This document shows, in pieces, positions 28,511-35,880 of a stretch of DNA of 64,000 nt (position 1 is its first letter; each line of letters opens with the position of its first letter). The translations under genes and the position numbers were made by a program. Source of the stretch: a virus; IMG/VR virus record IMGVR_UViG_3300027418_000370, one strand, 5' to 3'. The notes beneath the pieces are model-generated. The model was given only the letters and a program-made list of their open reading frames with translations. It was not told the DNA's origin and did no database searches.

Positions 28511-29330
28511 AGTAAACAAATCGGTAGGTAACGATAACGCCGGAGCATCAGCAGGAGCATCTGCAGGTACTGAAGTTACAAACACATCAGTAAGTGCTGG
28601 TGTAGAAGCAAATGCAGAAGTACATGCTGGAGTAGAAAATACAAACCAAATCGGTGATGTAACCATCTCACAAGAAGCCCATGCAGAAGCTGAAGTTCAT
28701 GCTGAAGCAACAACTGAAGCTGGATGGGATGGTAGAAACGCATATGTTGATGCACATGCAGAAGTAGGTGCCTCTGCCGAAGTTGGAGCATCTAACTCAG
28801 TAGAGTATGGCGGAGTAACTAACACAACCGAAGTACACGCAGGAGCAGAAGCTAAAGCATATGTTGGAGCTAGTGGTCAAGTAGGTGCCGATGGTGCTGA
28901 AGGACACGCCGGAGCAATGGCTGGAGCATCAGTAGGTGTAGGAGCATCTAATAGCACATACGATGAGAATGGTAATGGTGCTGAAGCAGGTGCCGGTGTA
29001 TCCGTTGGAGCACAAGTAGGTGCTGAAGTAGGTGGTGGAGCTACGATGGATGATGGTGTTGCAACCATTGGAGTAGAAGGTGAAGTTGCCCTACTAGTCG
29101 GAGTAGACGTTGATCTCTCAGTCAGCGTTGATACTAAACCAGCTCAAGAAGCAGTCGTTGATACAGCAAACACCGTAGCTAAAGAAACTACCAAGGTAGT
29201 AGATAAAGTAGCAGAACCTGTAAACAATGCCGGTAAGGCAGCTGTAGGAGGAGCTAAAGATGCCGGTAATGCAGCAGTTGGCGGAGCTAAGAATGCAGGT
29301 AAGAAAGTAAAAAAAGCGTTTAAGTTCTAA
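28503..29330 (+). CDS. Gly/Ala/Val-rich beta-repeat protein
   Basis: Alternating AEVHAEA/AGASVGVG strands; C-terminal AGxAAVGGAK repeats. Confidence 0.7.
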   Translation: MSEVNKSVGNDNAGASAGASAGTEVTNTSVSAGVEANAEVHAGVENTNQIGDVTISQEAHAEAEVHAEATTEAGWDGRNAYVDAHAEVGASAEVGASNSVEYGGVTNTTEVHAGAEAKAYVGASGQVGADGAEGHAGAMAGASVGVGASNSTYDENGNGAEAGAGVSVGAQVGAEVGGGATMDDGVATIGVEGEVALLVGVDVDLSVSVDTKPAQEAVVDTANTVAKETTKVVDKVAEPVNNAGKAAVGGAKDAGNAAVGGAKNAGKKVKKAFKF

Positions 29331-29624
29331 ATGAGCCGACCTTACACCGATATACAAATCGACGACTACTGCGTTCAACGTAAGTTCGATACTAATGTAG
29401 ACTCTCAGGAGCTATACTGGCATAGAGACGACGAAGATCGAATCGTAGAAGTAATGAAATGCGGCGAAGGATGGAAGTTTCAAACTGACAATGAACTCCC
29501 TATTAACTTAGAAGAGGGTGTAACGATATTTATTTTAAGGCACGAATGGCACCGTGTCATCAAAGGTTCTGGAGACTTACTTATAAAAATTTACAAATAT
29601 GGCAAAGAAGAAACAGTCCGATAA
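29331..29624 (+). CDS. Cupin-fold protein
   Basis: ELYWHRDDEDR ... GWKFQ.DNELP ... WHRVIKG. Confidence 0.7.
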   Translation: MSRPYTDIQIDDYCVQRKFDTNVDSQELYWHRDDEDRIVEVMKCGEGWKFQTDNELPINLEEGVTIFILRHEWHRVIKGSGDLLIKIYKYGKEETVR

Positions 29625-29886
29625 TGAGATTATCGATGAAGTAATCGCACAATCAGCACCAGCTATTGAATCACTTCCAGAAGAAGTAATCGATGAAATT
29701 ATTGCTGCCCCAGTAATTGAAGTAGTAAAAGAGAAAGCTGCCAAAGTAGCAACTAAAGCACCAGGTATGTACCACAATGGTCGTCTGATCGAGAAAGTTA
29801 TCTCTAGATTAGGAAGAACATGGGCAGTTGCTATCGACGGTAAGAGAGAGAAAGTACTTAGATCTGAAATTGAGATTATCAAGTAA
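29599..29886 (+). CDS. Hypothetical protein
   Basis: Coupled ORF, 95 aa. Confidence 0.6.
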   Translation: MAKKKQSDNEIIDEVIAQSAPAIESLPEEVIDEIIAAPVIEVVKEKAAKVATKAPGMYHNGRLIEKVISRLGRTWAVAIDGKREKVLRSEIEIIK

Positions 29887-30029
29887 TGGCTAAGATTAAG
29901 TCTCAATCCGCATCTATAGCTTACGAAAAACCAAACGTAAGCCGTCCAGGTGTACATTCTAAGACTCAAACTTCTCATTTAAAGAGTAGCAAGAACTATA
30001 AAAAGAAGTACCGTGGCCAAGGCAGATAA
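29886..30029 (+). CDS. Small basic protein, 47 aa (not in ORF track)
   Basis: MAKIKSQSASIAYEKPNVSRPGVHSKTQTSHLKSSKNYKKKYRGQGR*; TAATG coupling. Confidence 0.75.
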   Translation: MAKIKSQSASIAYEKPNVSRPGVHSKTQTSHLKSSKNYKKKYRGQGR

Positions 30030-30036
30030 AGCAGCA

Positions 30037-30207
30037 ATGCACGCTTTTATGAGAGACCTTATTAGAGAAGTTCTCACTGAAGAGAAACCTGGCCTATGGG
30101 CTAATATTAGAGCTAAGAGAGCTAGGGGGGAGAAATCCTCTCACCCTAACTCCAAGGCTTTCAAAGATGCAGTTAAAGCAGGCAAAGAAATCAATAAAAA
30201 TAGCTGA
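30037..30207 (+). CDS. Small basic protein with LIREVLTE leader
   Basis: MHAFMRDLIREVLTEEKPGLWANIRAKRARGEK; start reassigned to ATG 30037. Confidence 0.65.
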   Translation: MHAFMRDLIREVLTEEKPGLWANIRAKRARGEKSSHPNSKAFKDAVKAGKEINKNS

Positions 30208-30296
30208 TAAGCTTCCTACCTCAGAAATCCGAAGAAGAACTACGTCAGGGAGATTAGGAGGTGAAATATAATGTTTTTGTAGTTTCCATTATACAG
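30204..30296 (+). ncRNA. Candidate structured cis-regulatory RNA
   Basis: Two stems plus loop-loop pairing; G-U pairs favour the + strand; see findings. Confidence 0.45.
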
Positions 30297-30301
30297 TAAT
30301 T

Positions 30302-31093
30302 ATGAAGAAGAGTAAATTAACAGAGATTATTAGAGAAATGATCCGCAAGCAAGACGGCAAATATGTTGTCTATCCTAAGCACGGCGGTAAAAGACTCGGT
30401 ACTCATGATACTAAAGCAGCAGCTGAAAAACAGTTAGCTGCTATTCATATTAATAAAGAAGTTGTAGAACCTGCTGCTGAATCGGATGTTAATATGCTAC
30501 AGCTTGCTACCGGTATTGGGGTAGAGTTAGAACATACTGATGATAGAGAAGAAGCTAAGAGGATTGCACTACAGCATTTAGCTGAAGATCCTCACTACTA
30601 TAGCAAACTTTTAAAAGTAGGTTTAGAGGAGCAGGAAGAAACTATTGATTTTAATATTCAGGATATCAACGGAACCAAAGTAGTATTAGCTACATACGGT
30701 AAAGATAAGGTAGGAGCATTAAGACTAAAACCATACATGCAATCATACCAAGTAGACTCAGTGATTGTAAAACCAGAATACAGAGGATACGGAATCGGTA
30801 AAGAGATGTACAGATTAGCTCATGAAAAGCTAGGACCGCTTTACTCCGATGCTCATCAAACCGCTGATGCTGCTGCATTATGGCAGAGCCTAATTAAAAG
30901 CGGTGAAGCTAAAAAAGACAGAGACCTTTTTGTAATGACCGAAGGTATTGACGATCCAATGAACCCGGGCATACTAAAAAAAAGACTAGGAAGCCTGTCG
31001 TGTACCAAAGTTAAGGTTGCTAAAGGCAAGCTTAAAGACAAAGGAACCACATACGCTAAAGCCCTGCAAAGGTATTTAAACTACCACTGTTAA
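30302..31093 (+). CDS. Modular protein with GNAT acetyltransferase domain
   Basis: VIVKPEYRGYGIGKEMY motif A; also GVELEHTDD..IALQHL.EDPHYY module. Confidence 0.75.
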   Translation: MKKSKLTEIIREMIRKQDGKYVVYPKHGGKRLGTHDTKAAAEKQLAAIHINKEVVEPAAESDVNMLQLATGIGVELEHTDDREEAKRIALQHLAEDPHYYSKLLKVGLEEQEETIDFNIQDINGTKVVLATYGKDKVGALRLKPYMQSYQVDSVIVKPEYRGYGIGKEMYRLAHEKLGPLYSDAHQTADAAALWQSLIKSGEAKKDRDLFVMTEGIDDPMNPGILKKRLGSLSCTKVKVAKGKLKDKGTTYAKALQRYLNYHC

Positions 31094-31121
31094 GCGCTAT
31101 TTATAAAGAAATAACATTATC

Positions 31122-31649
31122 ATGGCCATATCCTTTAAGAAAGAAATTATCTTAGAAGCTATTCAGCAAGTATTAGCAGAAGCTGAAACAGTAAAGAAAG
31201 TAATCGGACCAAAAGGCGGATCTATTGCTCAAGCAGTATCCCCGGAAGAAGAAATCGAGCTTAAGAAAGCTGGTGCTAAGATTGAGCCGATGGAGGAGGA
31301 TCATAACGAGAATCCAAACGACGAATCAGATATGGCTAAGATACAGCTTCACAATACTGCTAAGTACTGTATCGAACTCTTAAAGATGATTCAAGACGGT
31401 CAGCAGTTAGACGCCTGGGTTCAAAGCAAACTTACTGTAGCTTTCGAGCATATTGATACAGTTAAGCATTACCTAGAAGGTGAAGAATATTTAGATTCTA
31501 CTGAAGCTCCTTCCGAAGAAGAGCCAGAAGCCTTATACGAAGGTGCTACCTGCTGCGGTAGATGCGGCAGAGTTCACGAAAGCTCTCAAGAGTGTAAGAA
31601 GCCTTACATTTCAAAAAGTAGTCCTAAGCATTGCAGCAATAAGAAGTAA
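31122..31649 (+). CDS. Hypothetical head-associated protein
   Basis: Late promoter at 31098; LDAWVQSKLT motif; C-terminal CCGRCGRVH. Confidence 0.6.
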   Translation: MAISFKKEIILEAIQQVLAEAETVKKVIGPKGGSIAQAVSPEEEIELKKAGAKIEPMEEDHNENPNDESDMAKIQLHNTAKYCIELLKMIQDGQQLDAWVQSKLTVAFEHIDTVKHYLEGEEYLDSTEAPSEEEPEALYEGATCCGRCGRVHESSQECKKPYISKSSPKHCSNKK

Positions 31650-32518
31650 TGAAGATTCAAGATCTAAAAAATATTATTGAAGAAGCTTACTACGAGCTTT
31701 TAGCCGAGCAGGGAATGATCTCTACTCCAGCACAAGCTATGTACGAGAAAGCTTGCAAGATGAGTGAAGCTCAACTTAAAACTCTGCTTAACGAACTAGA
31801 GACTCAAGAGTTCCTAGATGCTGTTGAAGATGAATTTGATCTAGAGACTCTAGAACTTATGAAAGGAGTACTTCAAAAACGAATTAACTTCTTAAATAAA
31901 ACTCTAGATATCGCTAATCCTAGAAACGTAGTTAAAGGTTATGCTGGACACCTAACAGAAGCTGAAGGCGACGAGGAAGAAGTACCAGCTGAAGAAGAAA
32001 CACCTGAGACGGAATTTCCTGATGCAGGAGAGGTAGAAGGTGAAGAAGAAGCTCCTGATGCTACTGCAGATATCTTAGCTAAGTTTCCTACTCTTAAGAA
32101 GACGTTAGTTCATTTAATGACTCCTGAATTTGAGGAGTTTGTTGAGAAGGTAGGTTGGATGTCTCCTAAACCATCTACATTTAAAGTAGAGTTTAAGAAT
32201 GGACAAGACATACTACTAAAGTGGATGGGCAAAGGCTTTGAAGCTACAGTAGAAGGTAAAAGGTATTTCCTACAGAATCTAGCCGAATATCAGCAATGCC
32301 TGGATAAGATTACAGACATGCTTGCTTCCGGCCCAATTCAAAGTGGAATGGATGCCGTTAGCGGTGAAGATATCTTCGGGGGAGTAGAAGGCGGTGGCGG
32401 AGAGTTTCCTGGAGAAGAAGGAGGCGCCGCAGGAGCTGAAGCTGGAGCTGAAGCCGGTACTGAAGCAGGAGCTGAAGAAACACCAACAGGTGAAGAAGAT
32501 GTATTTGCAGGAGTGTAA
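31649..32518 (+). CDS. Acidic hypothetical protein (head core-like)
   Basis: MKIQDLKNIIEE leader, Glu-rich linkers. Confidence 0.6.
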   Translation: MKIQDLKNIIEEAYYELLAEQGMISTPAQAMYEKACKMSEAQLKTLLNELETQEFLDAVEDEFDLETLELMKGVLQKRINFLNKTLDIANPRNVVKGYAGHLTEAEGDEEEVPAEEETPETEFPDAGEVEGEEEAPDATADILAKFPTLKKTLVHLMTPEFEEFVEKVGWMSPKPSTFKVEFKNGQDILLKWMGKGFEATVEGKRYFLQNLAEYQQCLDKITDMLASGPIQSGMDAVSGEDIFGGVEGGGGEFPGEEGGAAGAEAGAEAGTEAGAEETPTGEEDVFAGV

Positions 32519-33579
32519 TGAACTTGATAGATAAAATAATCACAGAATGGTCATGGAGAACCGCTAAAGGGTACCCTGACATTAATTCTTTAGAAGATAT
32601 TCAAATACTTAGAGAATTTTTAGGAGAAGAGTTATACGAGGCAGCGTTTAAGCAACTGTCTTTCGGAGATTTAAAAAAATATGGCGGACCCCGTTTAAAA
32701 GTTTTACACGATAAAATCGAAAAAGGAGAGTCTTTTCTTGGAATGAACGATAAAGAATACGTACTCTCTTTTGTTAACGACGAGTATGCTACTTTATTTG
32801 CAAATCAAGATATTGATGGAATTGCTCAAATAGGAGCTCCAAGAATAAACAGTTTTCCTTTTTTTGAAGATGAAAACGGAAACTCTGTCACTATTGGGGA
32901 CTTACTTAAAGCACCTGAATTTGGTGGAAAAGGGCAAGGATCAGGAACTACAAAAGAGGATTTAGCATTAGCAGGTATTAATAGCGCCTTACAGGAGTTA
33001 GGAGCTATCGATCTAAAGTTATCTCCAAATGGAAATGTCTATAAAGGTATTGTTAAAGCTTCAACAGTACCCGGAACTCCTAAGGCTGATTTTACATTAG
33101 ATACGGAAAAAGGACCTGTGATCTTTATCTCACATAAAGACGGTTCTAAGCCAACTGACTTTCAACAGTACGGAGGATTTACCGGATTAATGGAAGAACC
33201 TGAAATTAAAGCTTTTATTGAAGATGTTAGTAAACTTACTAACGGATCATTAGAACCTAAACAGAGTTTTAAAAGAGCATTAAAAGGAGAAGAGATTAAA
33301 TTAAAAGCTATTTACGGGCTAGAACAGAGCACGGAAAATTTTAATATTAATAACTGCCAGGTAGTATACCAAGGAAACGTTAAATTTGTTAAACAACCCG
33401 ACAACAGTTATTTAGTAGAAAGTAACCACACATTATTAAACCCAGAACTCCCAACAGGAGGCTACGAACCTATCTTGTATGTAAGCTACAGAAAAGGAAG
33501 AAATTCAGCTGGGTTATTAAACTGTAGGTTTGGAATTTACCCAACTGCTAAAGCAGCATCAACGGTTACAGAAATTTAA
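32518..33579 (+). CDS. Putative PD-(D/E)XK-fold nuclease
   Basis: TKEDLAL...TPKADF...FISHKDG...FQQY. Confidence 0.45.
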   Translation: MNLIDKIITEWSWRTAKGYPDINSLEDIQILREFLGEELYEAAFKQLSFGDLKKYGGPRLKVLHDKIEKGESFLGMNDKEYVLSFVNDEYATLFANQDIDGIAQIGAPRINSFPFFEDENGNSVTIGDLLKAPEFGGKGQGSGTTKEDLALAGINSALQELGAIDLKLSPNGNVYKGIVKASTVPGTPKADFTLDTEKGPVIFISHKDGSKPTDFQQYGGFTGLMEEPEIKAFIEDVSKLTNGSLEPKQSFKRALKGEEIKLKAIYGLEQSTENFNINNCQVVYQGNVKFVKQPDNSYLVESNHTLLNPELPTGGYEPILYVSYRKGRNSAGLLNCRFGIYPTAKAASTVTEI

Positions 33580-33603
33580 ACATTATATATTTATATAAAA
33601 GTT

Positions 33604-33945
33604 ATGAATAAACTACCGTACTTAATCGCCCTCATTGCAATCGTAATTGCAGCAATGTATGCTACGGGACTACACAACCCGTATAAGGCAGCTTACCTAC
33701 AGGAATTAAAAGACCAGAAAGAAGCTAGCCAGGCTAGAGAACTACAATTAGTAAAACGTATTGACTCATTAGCTTTTGCAGCCGGCTTACTACAAGCACA
33801 GGCTGACTCTATTGAGAACGCTTTAGATATCGAGGAAGCAAAACGTAAAAGAGAAAGAGATGCATACAATAAAAAAATTGCTGAGCTTAGCAGGCTTTCT
33901 GTTGATAGCCTTCCCGGCTACTTCGCAAAGCGTTACAATCGTTAA
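33604..33945 (+). CDS. Membrane-anchored coiled-coil protein (i-spanin-like)
   Basis: N-terminal TM plus coiled coil; late promoter at 33588. Confidence 0.5.
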   Translation: MNKLPYLIALIAIVIAAMYATGLHNPYKAAYLQELKDQKEASQARELQLVKRIDSLAFAAGLLQAQADSIENALDIEEAKRKRERDAYNKKIAELSRLSVDSLPGYFAKRYNR

Positions 33946-34279
33946 CGGAGACACTTTAGTTTGTTTTCCTGATCATATGGTTAGGCAGATTATTGCCGAC
34001 CTAGAAGCTGGTGACTTCTGTAAAGAAGAAAAGATTAGCTTAGAAAAGAGCATTGAAGACTATAAGAAGCTTGTAGAGACTAATAAAGCTCAAATTGCTA
34101 ACCTACAGCAGAGACTAGTCACTTATGACGATATCTTTATTGAAAAAGAAAGTCAGATTGCCATTAGAGATAAAGAAATAACAGTACTGGGTAAAGAAAA
34201 GAAAGCTAAATTCTGGACCGGACTTACCTTCGGTGCATCTGGAGGAGCTCTAGCAACGGTACTTCTTCTACTATTATGA
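33860..34279 (+). CDS. Signal-peptide coiled-coil protein with C-terminal TM (spanin partner candidate)
   Basis: Overlaps upstream gene by 86 nt; signal peptide; C-terminal FWTGLTFGASGGALATVLLLLL. Confidence 0.45.
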   Translation: MHTIKKLLSLAGFLLIAFPATSQSVTIVNGDTLVCFPDHMVRQIIADLEAGDFCKEEKISLEKSIEDYKKLVETNKAQIANLQQRLVTYDDIFIEKESQIAIRDKEITVLGKEKKAKFWTGLTFGASGGALATVLLLLL

Positions 34280-35850
34280 GTGAACAGCAGAATGTTAAGC
34301 AGATAGTAATACAAGAATACGCTAAATGTGCCAAAGACCCGGCATATTTTATGCGTAAGTACTGTTATATTCAGCACCCTCAAAGAGGACGTATACTATT
34401 CAACCTTTACCCATTCCAGGACAAAGTACTTTACTTATTCAGAGATCATCAGTACCTTATTACTCTTAAATCAAGACAGTTAGGTATCTCAACTTTAGCA
34501 GCAGGCTATTCACTATGGCTGATGCTCTTTCATAAAGACAAAAACGTACTAGCTCTTGCAACCACACAATCTACTGCACGTAACCTTGTAACTAAGGTAC
34601 AGTTTATGTACGATCAGCTTCCTAGCTGGTTAAAATTAAAAGCAGTAGAGAAGAATAAACTCTCACTAAGACTTACTAACGGTTCTAGAATAGCAGCTAA
34701 ATCATCTAACTCAGATGCTGCTCGTTCAGAAGCTGTATCTCTACTCTTAATTGATGAGGCTGCGTTCATTGATAATATTGATGAAACGTTTGCAGCCGCT
34801 CAACAGACCCTTGCAACCGGTGGTCAATGTATGGCTCTATCAACTCCTAACGGGATTGGTAACTGGTTCCACCAGACTTGGGAAAAAGCAGAAACAGGTG
34901 AAAACTCCTTTGTACCTATTAAGTTACCTTGGACCGTACACCCTGAAAGAAGTCAATCCTGGAGAGATCAACAAGACAATGACCTAGGACCTAGAATGGC
35001 AGCACAGGAATGTGACTGTGACTTCTTATCATCAGGTGATACAGTATTTGAACCAGAAGATCTAATCTTCTATGAAACTACAGCACAGCAAGACCCTTTA
35101 GAGAAAAGAGGAGTATCGGGCGATTACTGGATATGGGAATACCCAGACTATATGAAATCATATATGGTTGTAGCTGACGTTGCCAGAGGGGACGGACAAG
35201 ACTATTCTACCTTTCACATATTTGATGTTGAAGCAGCCACTCAAGTAGCAGAATTTAAAAGCAAAGTACCTCCTAAGGAATTTGGTAACATGTTAGTAGG
35301 AGTAGCAACTGAGTATAACAATGCAATGCTAGTAGTAGAAAATGCTAACATCGGATGGTCTACGATTGAACAGATTATTGAAAGAGAGTACGCTAACCTC
35401 TACTACTCATCAAGATCAGAACAGGATACTGTAGAGACTTATATGAATAAGATGGAACGAGGAAACTTAGTTCCTGGCTTTACAATGTCTATGCGCACTC
35501 GTCCTTTAGTTATTGCTAAGATGATGGACTACGTAAGAGAAAGATCTGTAACCATTAAATCTCAGAGACTCTTAAAAGAGATGAGAGTATTTGTATGGAA
35601 GAACGGTAAAGCACAAGCACAGACTAGCTATAATGATGACTTAGTAATGGCCTTTGCTACCGGACTATACGTCAGAGATACAGCATTAAGATTAAGACAG
35701 CAAGGAATAGATCTATCAAGAGCATCCTTATCTGCCATGGGAAACCTAAATCAAAGACAAGGAGCCGCGTATTCAGTTGGAAATATGCAAAATAATCCGT
35801 ATACTATAGATACTCCACATGGCCAAGAGGATATATCTTGGTTACTGTAG
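34276..35850 (+). CDS. terL: Terminase large subunit (T4 gp17-like)
   Basis: LYPFQ, LKSRQLGIST, LLIDEAAFI, STPNG, VADVARGDGQDYS, NDDLVMA. Confidence 0.95.
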   Translation: MSEQQNVKQIVIQEYAKCAKDPAYFMRKYCYIQHPQRGRILFNLYPFQDKVLYLFRDHQYLITLKSRQLGISTLAAGYSLWLMLFHKDKNVLALATTQSTARNLVTKVQFMYDQLPSWLKLKAVEKNKLSLRLTNGSRIAAKSSNSDAARSEAVSLLLIDEAAFIDNIDETFAAAQQTLATGGQCMALSTPNGIGNWFHQTWEKAETGENSFVPIKLPWTVHPERSQSWRDQQDNDLGPRMAAQECDCDFLSSGDTVFEPEDLIFYETTAQQDPLEKRGVSGDYWIWEYPDYMKSYMVVADVARGDGQDYSTFHIFDVEAATQVAEFKSKVPPKEFGNMLVGVATEYNNAMLVVENANIGWSTIEQIIEREYANLYYSSRSEQDTVETYMNKMERGNLVPGFTMSMRTRPLVIAKMMDYVRERSVTIKSQRLLKEMRVFVWKNGKAQAQTSYNDDLVMAFATGLYVRDTALRLRQQGIDLSRASLSAMGNLNQRQGAAYSVGNMQNNPYTIDTPHGQEDISWLL

Positions 35851-35880
35851 TAGTACTATTTATAATTAAACTCTCCTTAA

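Noticed and set aside
30204-30296. Hammerhead ribozyme (CTGATAA...GAAA)
   Set aside because: Core would need CUGAnGA and a U-H cleavage site plus stem I. Here G8 is A, C replaces U16.1 and no stem I is found. Kept only as an unclassified structured RNA.
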